This document shows positions 1 to 13,480 of a DNA stretch of 64,000 nt, piece by piece. The notes beneath the pieces are model-generated. The model was given only the letters and a program-made list of their open reading frames with translations, had not been told where the DNA came from and ran no database searches. Origin of the DNA: Strigamia acuminata (taxonomy: Eukaryota); assembly GCA_949358305.1 (NCBI GenBank), contig OX442314.1:18352001-18416000 (forward strand). Direction: 5' to 3'. Position 1 is the stretch's first letter; the number at the start of each line of letters is the position of its first letter. A program made the translations under genes and the position numbers.

Positions 1-2
1 GG

Positions 3-3000
3 CAACGCAGAGCAGCCAAAGATGAATTGGAGACACTTTTGCACTTTGATTATGTGTGTATCACTAATTTCGAATGACTGCATTTAAACCAATTAATTAT
101 TATATTTTTTTATTTCTATAGAACCATAAACCCGCTTTGGCGATGGATGAGTTAACAGCTATTCGTAAAAATTTACAAAACCGCGGCATTGATGTGGACA
201 ATGAAATGGTAATGAATTACTATACTTTACACGTTCAGAATTTGAAACCTATCACACATAGATTCGGCAAACTTGGCATTTTGTATATCGACGACATTTT
301 CTGAGAAAATCTTTAGCCAAAGCGACCGATTGTAAACGCGGTTTTTACGTGTACCAACAAGGAATGGAAACTGAGGCGAGAAAATTAAAGTTTTAAAAAA
401 AAAAATGTGCTAAATAATAATATATTTAATTAAATTTAATCCAGATGGAATGCAATGATGTTGTTCTATTCTGGCGGATCCAACGAATGCTACAAATTAC
501 CAGCAATGCGCTTCGCCAACAACTAATGAACACTGAAGGCAGGCGACTGGAAAAGGAAATTAAAGAAGTTCTCGAAGATTACAGTCAAGACCAGGAAAAG
601 AAAATGCAACTGTTAACCGGCAGAAGGGTCGTGCTAGCGGAAGAACTAAGTTAGTAATATTTTTTTTCATTACTAAACCCAAAAGTGCACAACAAAAAGG
701 ATTGATAACTCAAGGGTTTTGTTTGGTAAAAGATTTCAACCTTTTGTTGACGAATGCGTATGTGACCTCGGGTTGGCCTGTTTAATCTCGGTGACAAACA
801 AGGGTCGGTGTATCCCTCTGTGTAAATAAACACTGAAGGTAGAAGTTTGCAAAACAGATCTTTTCTTAGCCGGCTAACCCACGTGGCTAAAAGTAGAACC
901 GTTTTCCCCATAAAGTGATGATGCAAATACCGACCGTCATTTGTTGTTACCGACTGATTTGTTCCACTAATAAGGCAAGGTTGAGTGCGATCGAGGTGAA
1001 CAACCTTCCTCATTGACTTACCGTGCAGGTGGATGCAGCGGGGGTGGCGGAGAGGAGTGAGGATGACGCAGCAACGCCATCCTCACACTCACCTATCCTT
1101 AAGGCAACAGGAACGACTATTGTTCTGTCTTGAACAACCCTCAAGTCTTGTCCATCTTGAAATCTAAGCCTTTTCTTTCCTCGTTTGCTTTCTTTGTCTG
1201 TTTTTTTTTATATATCCTTCCTCACCCCATTCCTTTTGCAAACAGTTATTTTTTTTTAACCTGATCATCTTCCCTTTTTTTACGTCAAATAATCCCTCAC
1301 CCCTTCTGTCCCTCTTTCGTGACTCTTCCAGATTTTTTCATTCCAGTCTTTTCTTTGTAGTTCTTTCTTATCCCCTTCTTGTTTGGTCATCTTGCGGGGA
1401 GTGTTTTGTTGCCCTTTAGTTCCACCGGAGTGAAGAAGATCCCAGGGAGAAAAAAATTTAAGGGATTGGGGGAGGGGTTGTTGAAGTAGGCTGCCATTCT
1501 GCATGTTAATCATCTGCCAACTAGTGACTTTGACAGACATTAGATGTTGGGAGTGTGTACTAGTCCTTTGGACACACTTTTTTTCCTTCTCGCATCTTCT
1601 TTTCAACTCTTAAGCCACTCGAGTTTTTGTCCCGCGTTGAAAGCGCCATACATTTTATTTTTTTGTCAAATGAACAAGTTGTAGCTAATGAATTCCCGTT
1701 ACGTGTCAGACAGCCTTGACTGTGAATAATTAAAAATAAAATAAAATACCGTATTTTATCGATTAAGAGCCGCGGCTATTATTCAAAGCTGCAATTTTTG
1801 TCAGCAATTACAACTTCGGTTTGTTACATTTGTTTAATGGAACAAACGAAGCGGACGCTCATCGTTGGAGAGGTTAAATACGGAAACAATACCGTACTTT
1901 TGCAAAAATACGGTATTCTTGGTGTCTCAGCCGCGGCTACTATTCGAGGGCGGCTACAACCGACTCTTAATCGGTAAAATACTGTATATTTTTGTATATA
2001 ATTTTGGTATAATTGGAAAATTGTCTATTTTATTTAGCGAGTCGAAAATGCGTTATTTGCTTGACTGCCTATTTTAATCAAGGTTTGAAGGTCAAGTTAT
2101 TGGTCTCATGCATTTGTTTTTACAACGGATTTACCGCCAGCTGTAAGTACATGCTTAGAGACCTGTGCTGCTTCACCCCATCAACCCGACCCTTGACCCA
2201 AATCGTGAGCCGGAAAAGTTCCCCGGGTTTTTTTTAATACCCTTTTCCTTATTTATTTATTTATTCCTCTCGCGAGAAGCGACCCCCGTGCATCGCCGCG
2301 CTAGTAAACTCGGATTATCATAAATTCACGTCTCCGTCTTCATTATTTGGCACTCGCGCGCATGTGTTATCATTTGACACCATCTTGTAAGTAAAGGGCT
2401 GCCTTCGGCTCGACAACGTTGCTGAAGAATTGGACTAGGTTCCATAGACCATATACGTCGTTAGTCACTCTTTTGACTAAGGTTGGAGGTTGTTGATGAA
2501 AGGTAGATACGGGCAGTGCGACGAGACAACAGTGACAGTCGTGTTTACTTCGTACAACACTTTGACTCCCGCCCTAATGGTACGGATGGGCGCCCATGCA
2601 TGAGGTGAGACTGGAGCTATATTTGGGGGGTGACCTGTGTCCGTCTCTGGGGTCAGCCTCAACTCCTCCTTTGGGCTTTTGTGTCCGTTCTTGTGGTGGA
2701 CGCCCAACCTTATAGGTGCTTGGTCTGTCAAGCTCGGTGTGTGGCCATCAAGCAGTAGACCCTTTTCCTCCTGACTCTTGTGTTTACGGTTCTTCACTTT
2801 GGGTACCTCCCCGTGGCGATGTCCACTTGTCTGTCCACCTGGAGTTGGACTTTAGATTTCCAATAGCGTACTTGACAGTTCCTCACCTCTTTGAGTCTTT
2901 GTCAGTCCACTTCTATTAACTCGCTTTTGATTTTTCCTCTCTTTTCTTAGTGCAGAGATGTGCTGAAGTGATGGCTTGCCAATGGGTCAGGGAATTTTCG

Positions 3001-6000
3001 CCGGTGTTTTTTCCTTTCTTTTGGTGGTTTTTTGATAAATTAACGCTTGATAGGCATTTGTAGTTGGTAATTAATTGTATTGATGAGATTGTTTTGTGGA
3101 AATTATTATGAAAATAACAGTTTAGTTTTGGACACGTTTTAGACAAAAGGAAAATCCAAAATTTACTTCTAATTTATCGAAGTGGCTATGTTCATGTCTG
3201 ACATAAACGTATTATTTTCATGACTCGCTGTGATTGGTTGAGAGATGCATTGAGATATATTGATGAAAATACTCAGTTGCTATGTTGCTATGTTGCTAAA
3301 AACTAATAAGGTTAGGTTTAGGGGGCTGTGAGGATCAAGATAAAACCTCGAAAACATCGCTTTGAGAAAACGTGCGTGGAGGAAACGAACCGACATCATT
3401 AGATCTCAATCAATCACAGCATTTTATTAAAATAATACGTTCATGTCGGACACGAATATAGCCACTGACTGTAATTTAAGCCAAGCAAAATCTAATTCGC
3501 CTAAATTCTTCGACAAACATATCTCAAAATCTAAAATTTCTAAGAAAACATTTTTCTGGAAGGTTATTACGATTTTCTGGAGGAAAAAAATCCTTTAGAA
3601 AAAACTATCCAAATCAGTCTTTTCCTGTTTGTGTGGTCAGTCACTTGCAATTGCACACTCAGGAGATGACAGATGCTTTTTTTCTCCCTCTGAGGATGAA
3701 GAGGGACGTGAAGAGAGAGACGAGTGGGCTATTAGGACTTAGGCATGAAAGGGCTGGTTGACGTAGAGGGTTAAAAACTAAAAACAAACTAAACTTATTT
3801 TTACTCTGGAAAATGATTATATTTCCATTCGACCAACCAACTGTCGACTTCCTACGGCTCAAGATTGATATTCCGTCTAAAAAAAAAAAACTAAAACCTC
3901 CAGATCATCAAACTTCGTCAGCAAGCTGTCGACGTTCTGAGAACGTTCTCGTAAATTTTCCCATCTCTCGTTAAGTTGTACACCGACACCACACACAGAC
4001 AATCTCATTGATTTCTTTGAGTAATAGATGGACATGGCTAAAACCACTGGTCGCCCCGTCTGTAATTATTGGTCATAATCAAGCCGCTTGATTGGTACCT
4101 GCCATTAGATTTTTTTCCAGTTTTCGGTGAATGCCAGTGCGTGGCTTTGGTTGCCCGTAGCACTTTTCTCTTTGTGGCACTTTTTCTATGGACCCTCGAG
4201 CCTAATGCGGAACGTGCCCACCCTTGAAATGGATCTGCCACCCCTTCTCTTCCCCTCATCATCTCTTTCTCGTTGAACCCTCCAAATTAAAAGGTGAGAA
4301 AGAAAGGTTAGGCGAGCAATAAAATTGAATTCGTTTGCTGCTATCAATTTTTTCTTGCCTTTATTATCGTTATTAAATATTTCTCGACTGACCTTCTTAT
4401 GTGTGTTGGTAATAGCGATTTAGACACCTTGTTATTGGGAATAGGAAGTTTGAAAGTTATGATGGAAGTGTGTTGTTTGGTTGGAGAGATACTCGTGTGT
4501 TTGTGCGTGTATTGCACCTGCGAATGTAAAAGGTGAAAAGTTGAAGTTGCTTTTAGGTTTCGAGATTCTTGACGTCTGACATTTTCCTTTAACACGTTTC
4601 TTGAGTGTTTTTTTTTTCTTTCGTTTTTAAATACTTTTTTTTTTGGATTGAATTTAATAAATTGTGTCTGGACATAGCGCTAACCACTGTGAATATAAAT
4701 TAAACACCTGAGTTTTGACCCCCTTGTAAATTGATTGTCACGGATTTCAAGTTTCAAGGAAATGAAAAAAGGAATTCTCTGCTTGATCTTTGTGCAGTAA
4801 GTGCAGAGGACGAGGAGATGATTATTTACCGTGTATTAAATTACGAAAGTATTTTATTTCGTGTGGAAATGTTTATCTAGGACGTTTTTGAGAAAATGAG
4901 GTTAGTGTTTACGTCATTTTTTGTTGTGAAGGAATTAATTGAGATTGAAAATTGAGCTGAAATATGTTTTATCTATTTTTTTTAATAGCATTTATTACTC
5001 CGTATTATTTTTTATGTAAAACAATTGAAAAGTTTTAATTGTAAATATATATACAAGTGAGAAGCATAAGTTTGGAAACTTGGCTGAATTCAAAAATTTG
5101 AGTTTAGTTAGTTTGTGATTATGAGAAAACAAACAATCAAAGGATATTAAGCTTATAACATTTTATTAATGTAGCATAGAGCTTTCCAAAAAGCTAAATG
5201 ATTTCAAAAAAATCAAATAAATAACAGAAATATGTTGAATTGTATTCACCCCCTGGTGAAGCAGAAGTCTGGAAACTCGCTCTATCTGTTGCATAAGTTT
5301 AGAAACTTGAGTGATTTCCCATGTAAACTCATTTGTATAATTTCACAAAAGCAAGAAAACAGTTGTTTTTGATGCAGCTAACATATCTGGTGTGATAATG
5401 GGCAAAGCACCAGAGTTGAGTATGGATGAAAAGCAAATTGCCATGAATATGCGTGCAAAGAAGAAAACATTGGCTGAAATTGCTGACCAACTTCAAATAT
5501 CTACATCATGCGTGCGTAAATGTTTGAAACGAATTCAAGATGATGGTGGACAGATAAAACCAGTGAAAAAACGACCTGGAAGGCCCCAATGCACAACAAC
5601 TTGTGAAAATCGAATTCTGAGAAAAGTTGTGTCAAAACAACCAAAGTCAACTGACAACTGCCAATGAATTGCGTCAGAAATGGAACACTGAAGCCAATAT
5701 TCATGTGTCCAAAGACACGATGATACAAAGCCTTAAAGATATGGGATACAGATCTAGAGTACCAAATAGAAAACCTTACTTAAATAAAAAACAAATTGCT
5801 AAACGACTTGCATGGGCCAAAGAACATTTGAACTGGACTGCTGAAATGTGGAATTCAGTGGTTTTTTCGGATGAATCAAAATTCTGTTTATCATTTGGGG
5901 ACCAAGGAACTCGAGTTTGGAGGAAAAAAGGACAAGAATATCATCCTAAATGTCTGAAAACCACTGTTAAGCATCCACTTGGAGTAATGGTCTAGGGATG

Positions 6001-9000
6001 CATGGCCTCTAAAGGTCCAGGAGAATTAAAATTTGTGGAAGGGACAATAAATGCATTAAAATACCAGCAAATACTAGAGGAAGGTTTACTACCATTAATG
6101 AAAAAGCTAAGAGTACATCGCAAATTGATCTTTCAGCAAGATGGGGCTTTCTGCCATACTGCCAAAACTACAACAAAATGGTTTAAACAAAAAAGAATAA
6201 ACGTTTTATCATAGCCAGACTTAAATCCTATTGAGAATGTATGGAATAAAATGAAAAAGCGTTTGCAAGCTCAAAAACCAGCAAATAAGACAGAGCTTAA
6301 AGCTGCAATCACTGAAATCTGGAAAACAGTTACAGCAGATGAATGTGTCAAGCTTACGTCATCAATGCCTAAGCGACTTGCTGCGGTAATAAAGGCAAAA
6401 GGATATCCCACCAAATATTGAGGTAGTACTCTACTAATTTGAAATATTTATAGCTTAATCCCCCAAGTTTCTAAACTTATGCAACAGATAGAGCGAGTTT
6501 CCAGACTTCTGCTTCACCAGGGGGTGAATACAATTCAACATATTTATGTTATTTATTTGATTTTTTTGAAAACATTTAGATTTTTGGAAAGCTCTATGCT
6601 ACATTAATAAAATGTTATAAGCTTAATATCCTTTGATTGTTTGTTTTCTCACAATCACAAACTAACTAAACTCAAATTTTTGAATTCAGCCAAGTTTCCA
6701 AACTTATGCTTCTCACTTGTATACCCATATATTTTTTTATTTAATGAAATTTTATTATTATTTTAAAATTGTTTTGCACTTTTGGAATAGTTTCACCAAT
6801 TCATTTGCGATTTTAAGACTAGTCGACACAAAATTTAAGTGGCCATGCTTCATCTAATTCACAATACTGTACCGCCCCGTTTAATAGCCTGGGCGTTTAA
6901 TTTTTCTTTTGAGTCTCTGCCGCCCCTCCCGGTGCCCATTTGAAGCCGTCGTTTAAACGAACCCGGCGCTGAGAAATTGTATAAAATTAATGTTCTTTGA
7001 AAGAAATTTTTATTTAAATTCGAAGTCTTACGAATGTATTTTATTGGAGCCATAGCGCTGTCTTACCATAGGAAATGAAGAATGAAGGCGTCTTTTACCG
7101 ACGTGTGCGAACATTATCTGGACGTTAGGTTTACCCAGCGCCAATTTGAAACCCGGTGTTTACGGGCCGGGCGCGTATTGAATTTGGGGTCGCTAACTGC
7201 CGGGCGCTAAAACGGGGCCGGCACCTTAATGAACCCCGGCTATTAAACGGGCGGTACGATATTCCAAAACAATTGTGAATTCATAAGTGCTGTAGCTAGA
7301 AGATTTCGAATTTTTTTGTCGAAAATTGGACTAAAGTTAAAATATTTTCGACTTTTTTATTAAAATAATCATCTAAATCTTTCCGAATCCCAACCGAATT
7401 CTATGAAAGATTCGGATTGTCGTACCCTGGATTTTTCTATATCACATTTTACGATGGTTGGGTCATGTGCGATTGGATTAATAGAAAATCAGAAAATTAC
7501 AAATCCGCAGTACATTGAATGAACCCTTATTATGCTTTTAGTTTACTAAACTGTAACAAAGAACGTGACCTCAATACGTTTGGTATAGGGTAACAATGTA
7601 AACAGAACAAATCGAATGCAGAAGACGAAAAAAAAAATGTAGTGACGGGTAATTCAATATTCGCTTGTAAAAACTAAGGGTATCTTGTTCCAGATTCTTG
7701 TTTGTTTATTATTTTGATTATGCATTCATGCTGACTGATTTCATAACTCAAATGTGACAAATGAAAAAAGAAATCTCCTCGCAATTTTTATTTTATCCTT
7801 ACTCGCACTGCTCTGTTCTGACCTTAAGTTACCATTGGGCTGTTTTGGCTTGGCATTCAAAATGCACCAGTTGATTAGCATTCAAACATAGCCCACGCTT
7901 TAGCTCACAGGTGTTGCCATTTCGAGGAGTCGCAGTCACGACGAGTCTGCTACTCGCACACCTTGAAGCTTGGAGATAGGAAAGCACAAACCTTTCCTTG
8001 GCCAAACCTCATTTGTACAAAATCAAGCAACCTGATTTACACCTGTCATAACTTGGAGAAACTGAGCTCAAATTTATTCCGTCCTTCCAGAATTTTTTTT
8101 TTATTAAAATAAAAAATTACTTTTTGTCTCCCAACTTGAAATTGAATTTTATGGAAATTGAAATTTCGGAAGGGGAGGGAGTGGGGGGTCCTTGAGAAAT
8201 CCTTGGTGGTATCTGATCTGTTTGCGCGTATGAAGTAGGCGAATTAAAAAAGAAAAACAAAAAAGTACAGGTGTGTGTGTGTGTGGCATTCAAGTTTTCG
8301 AGCTGTCACTTGAAGCGATGCTTTGAGCTTATGCAAGACATTTGCATAAAAGGAAGGCAAAAGTTAATTAGTTACCATACTTTCTTCTCAGATGTGTAGT
8401 GACACGTTTGAAAAATGTTCCGTCATTTCTACATTGAACGCGAAGCTTAGGAAAGGCATAAGCAAGCAGCTGGGTGAACTTGGGTGGAGGGAAAAATGAC
8501 CTAGAAATGGACGGCTGGTGAGAACAAAAGGGCATATTAATGGTAAACGGGATCTTCCTTATCTATAAACGTGTCGCCACGTATGACAAATAGTCGAGAG
8601 TTCGCTCAGCAACGTCATTTTTCTTTGAACGTGACAAGTGCATAAAAAAATATGCACGACCCTGTTAGAGCGAATTGAGTTTGAGTTTTTCTTTTATGGG
8701 TTTCTTTTGCTTTTATGTTCGTAGTAAACATCTGGTGCGTGATGGAAATAGTTGATTAATTGCTGATTAAAAAATATAACCAGGGAATGCCATCAAGTGT
8801 AAATCACGACTTTACTGATTTTTTTTTTCGGATTAAAGTTTAAGTTATTAATATTAAAGTAGGTTTTTTTTTTTTATAATAAGTAAAGGATTTCTGTAAG
8901 TTATGCATTCAATTAGCCTTCACCTCAAGTTTTTACATGATTTATCCATTTGATAGGTGCTTTTGCGCATCTAACGCATCGTATTTCAGTTTGCGGTAGG

Positions 9001-12000
9001 TATTTTTGCCTTCTAATTATGAGCGATTGTAAACAGTTATTACAGTTGAACGAAAAAGTGGAAAATGTTGTTCGGGTAATTTTTTTTTTTAGGTTATAAA
9101 ACAAGATTTTTATAACTTATACTTACGTGAGGAAAAATGGTGTATATAAATCGAGTTTTATTATCTTAAGCCTCATGGCTGCTGTAGAAAGGTAGAAACA
9201 CTTGTTGCCGTCTGTCTCTAAATACCGAACAATTCTACAGCTTTGCAGTGTCGAAGCTGAGAATTGCGAATAGCATCGATAAAAATAATTGCTGTGTTGA
9301 CATTTTTATGCGTTACATTACGAACGTAAATGGTGGTTTTTGGTTCAGGAATTCTTGAAAAAAATCTTTAAATATTCTTAAAAATTTAACTACCGGTAAT
9401 TTAGAAAGATTTTTTTGAAAGAATTATTTGCAAGTTGGACAATTGAGTTATTATTCTAGCAATTCTTCATTTTTAAGGGAAAGTTTAGTTACAGATAGAG
9501 TATCAGAAAAAGCTCGTGACAAACACAGTTTCTGCAAATTATAAATAACTCATTATTTCATGTTTATCTTTACATTTAACAAAATTAAAAATGTTTTTTT
9601 TCTTTTAAAGCATTAATTCTGTACAGTGTATTGTGGTGCGTTTAAAGTTTCAGTTTTTGCTGTTTTTAGTTTTTCTATAAATAGAATGGACACCTAAAGC
9701 AGCCATAAATCATCAAAAACTGCAAAAAGTGAAACCACAACCATAAAAAGTGGTTTTTTAAGTACTTTATGTCTGGTTTTGGTTTTTACAATGCAATTCA
9801 AAATGGCTGCCGTACGAGGTTGGGTAGGTTCAAATTTCCAATTGATATAATGCTTACATCCAAAAAACAAAAGTGGCAGTCCAACAAAAATTGTGTTTAT
9901 TATGTGAAAATGAAAGAATTTGAATTATATTTACGGAAAAAAGATTATTTAACACAAAAACGAAACAATAATCTGGCATGTTTTAGTCTCATTTAAACAA
10001 GTGTAAAACATTTACCCCTTTATAAATTATCTGTTTGGCATGTTTTTAAATGACAAGAATGTCGCACTATTCGTTTGCGTGACAATTTCGTATCAGAAGT
10101 GCCAAGGTAAGAAAGTGTTAATGGGGTTATATTCATAACCATTCACACGTAGTTCAATTCATTATGAAATATAAAAAAAAAAAAACCCTTAATGTATATG
10201 TGAAAAATAATATTGCTTTCGAAGGCCACTAACTTTATTTTTTTCGAATTGTTGATGGCCGTGACCAATGCATTTCGACATGCTAAATTCAGTTTTTTAT
10301 CAACTTCCACAATTAGACGTTTCGAGCGGGTGTAGCATTTCTTTTATTGGTCAATAAATTTTGCAAATACAAGCTCGTGTATAGAAAGAAAGATAAATGA
10401 CGAGATGAAGATGAAAATAAAGAGGCTCAAACCAAAAAAGAGAAATATACAATTTATGTATTCTTCTCTTTCTTCTCCCCTCATCTGCACCTGTAAAATG
10501 GGTGTCCAGTGTGTTGATTCAATCTTGACCAAAAAGGTCCCATGAATTGTGAGAGCGGACAATTTGATGTGTCCTTGAATGATGGAGTCTTGTTTTTAAA
10601 GGGACCACCCACCAGATTAGTCTACTATGAATTTCTCTTTCCCCCAGCCACTCGAGTTGTCTGTCTCTTGGAAATAAATGTTAGCGTTCAATTGGAGGGA
10701 GATATGATGGATGAGAGTTTGGTTAGGGGAAGGCCGCGTCTGGTTTAAGAGAACCGCCACTCGTGACCCCTGGTGGTTTGCAAGACGCAATCCCCTGTCT
10801 TGGGTCTTTTAAGTGGGGCCAACGTTGCGGAATACAGCTTCATATAAAAATGGTGGCCGGGCCTGATGGAGCAGCATTCCTTCACTCCATTTGCTTATTA
10901 AGTGAGTTTGGGGATGGAAGTTATGGTGGACTGTGGTCAGCTGAGTCACGATTTGCCTTGAGCTTGAGACGTATTGTGGGAATTGTTTTTAAAAAACGAT
11001 GAAAGAAAAAATTACGAATTTTTTTTTCTTTTTTACATCATTATAAAGAGGAAGGAGTTTTTTGTTTTTTTTTACTTTTTTATGTCTTTTTGGAAGTGCA
11101 AGTTGCATATATATTTGTGTGTGATGACCTCTTGTGTTGATAATTTGTTTTCTTGGCGCCAGTCAGCAGCCACGTTCGAATGTTTATGTCGATCTACCCG
11201 TTTCGAATGACCATTTTTTTCTTTTCGTTTTAAAGTTAATTTTTCACTTTTATCTTTCACCGGTTTTGACTGTGGCCTCGTCTCGTTTCCATTATTCAGT
11301 TTGGTTTGATGTAATTACCCGAGAAAAAGCGTCGTTGTTCGTCTTTGTCGATGCAATTTCAGCTAAAACGTGGATGATGACCCAATTAACATCGCAAGAG
11401 CCGTTTCATTGCCATAGAAGCGACACAGAAAGGATTTAAATATTTGACATTCTCCTGCTGTGTCATCTCGTTGAAAGGAAAATGATGTGAAAATTAAAAC
11501 ATCATTAATGATTGAAATAACCCCTTGGTCCGTCGGATTAGGTGCTCCTACCAATGCAGTCATCCTTGAATACAAATCACAGAGTAGAGTGGGGCGCGCG
11601 TGTTGCACGTGGCATTGAAGTCGAGGAAGATGGATGCACTTGCGCCCTGTCCGCCCCCACTTGTCGAGACACGCGCGTTATGTGATCACGTGTCGTCCTA
11701 TATTAGAGTGTCGTGTCGGGCGTTGGTGTAAATTAATTTGTGGGTGAGGCCGGGCCCCCACGTCGGATATCCTTGAATGCACTTGGCATTTTTTTGTTTT
11801 CGTTTTTATTACCTGCCAATTAAGTGACACAGGTGGGTGATGCCTGCGGCGACTTAGTGGGCTGCACCTCGAGCCCCAGGCGTGGGGCGAGCAGGTCGGG
11901 AGTGGCACATGACTGCGCTATGGTGGAAAAGTGGGCAGTAACTGGTCGGGACGCAGGTGACGCCGAGTTACACGCCTACACAGACTCGCTCTCTTTTGTG

Positions 12001-12166
12001 CAACCTAGACACTATGGGACCGTTCAAGGATAGATAGACCTAAATTTCCATGTTGTGTAATTGGAACTTGGCACTGCAGAAGTCGTGTGGTAGCGACTAC
12101 TGGCTCGTTGTTGAGCTTGGAGGGCATTTTTGTTTAGTGTCACCAGTTAATTTGTTAGGACTTCAT

Positions 12167-12197
<31 letters not shown>

Positions 12198-13443
12198 TGT
12201 ATAATCGTTTCCTCGTGGGTGTGACGTGAAAATGTTCATGCTTGACTTGCTAATCAGATGTTTGCATGGCAAGGTCTTTCAATGCACTTTGATTACAACG
12301 AGTTGGAATTTTTTATTTATTTATTTATTTTTTTGGATTTTTTTTTTTTTTTTTTAAATTCTTGAACGTCTTTTGAATGGAATCGTATTTTACTTGTGTT
12401 TTGATAGCCCTATTCGGTTGTAAAAAGAGGAAGGGAGAAAAATTGTTACTACCACGCTGTTTTCTAATTAGACTGGCTGCTGGTTTAAGTTTCTCAACAT
12501 TGGGGAGTGTAATGGGGACAGAAAAGCTTTGACTTATTTGGAGCTTCGGTGCAGATTTTCAATGCGGTCATGGACTTTATGCCAAAGGGTGCACAGCTGA
12601 ATTTGGCTAATTTCTTTGCCTGTTGGCTTCACAGATTTCTCATGTATATTTAATTGAAATCAGTAGGATTCATTTTTTTATCTTTTAAATTTGTTTTTTT
12701 CCTTTTTTTTTTTTTTCATTTTTTTTTTGTATTTTTGATGAGAAATGGAAAGCGCAAAGGGTGATTTGAAGGAATGTTGCGGCTAATTTCTTTGACATGT
12801 TTCTAATGGAAAAAAAAAATTGTTTCTTTTAGGAATAATGCAAAAGATTTGTTCCACCTCCTTGAAAGCAACCTTTGATTTGCAACTTGTGTCTTATAGA
12901 GTTGGCGGACCACCCACAGATGAAATTGGCTTAAGCCAATTGCATTTGAACTACTGCAACTTACCTTTTACAACAATAAATTAAAACCCGGCAACCAGTG
13001 ATTATCTTTAACCACATACATTTTTGCGGAGTTTTGCAAGAGCTTAGTGATGTATCCAATTCGGAGCTGTGACTCCATTATACAACTATTTCTTTGAAGG
13101 AGAAGAATTAGTTGTTTTTTTTTCAAGTTGTTTTAAAGTGTACTTATTTTTTTTTCTTATCCTGCTGTGAGTTTTACCCCTCACCTTTTTTTGTACCGAA
13201 TGAAAGAGGTGAGTTTTTGTCGGGGCGTGAAGTTGCGAGTTTTCTATTCAACCCGTTTGTCCCTTGGCAAACTTCTTTATCATTTGAATCAGAATTAAGG
13301 CTATGTAGGGTGTTCAGCTTCATTTGCTCTCGGAACAAGATGTCGTCCACCCCACAGTTACAGAGGGATAAAAGGGGCGACGAGTAACAACACCTCGAGA
13401 GGATTCCTTTTTTCAACTGGCATCACCCTAGTTCTCTTTTTTT

Positions 13444-13480
<37 letters not shown>

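Noticed and set aside
9340..9790. Short imperfect inverted repeats (9347-9425, 9647-9735)
   Set aside because: AT-rich, no clear termini or target-site duplication; at most old MITE debris
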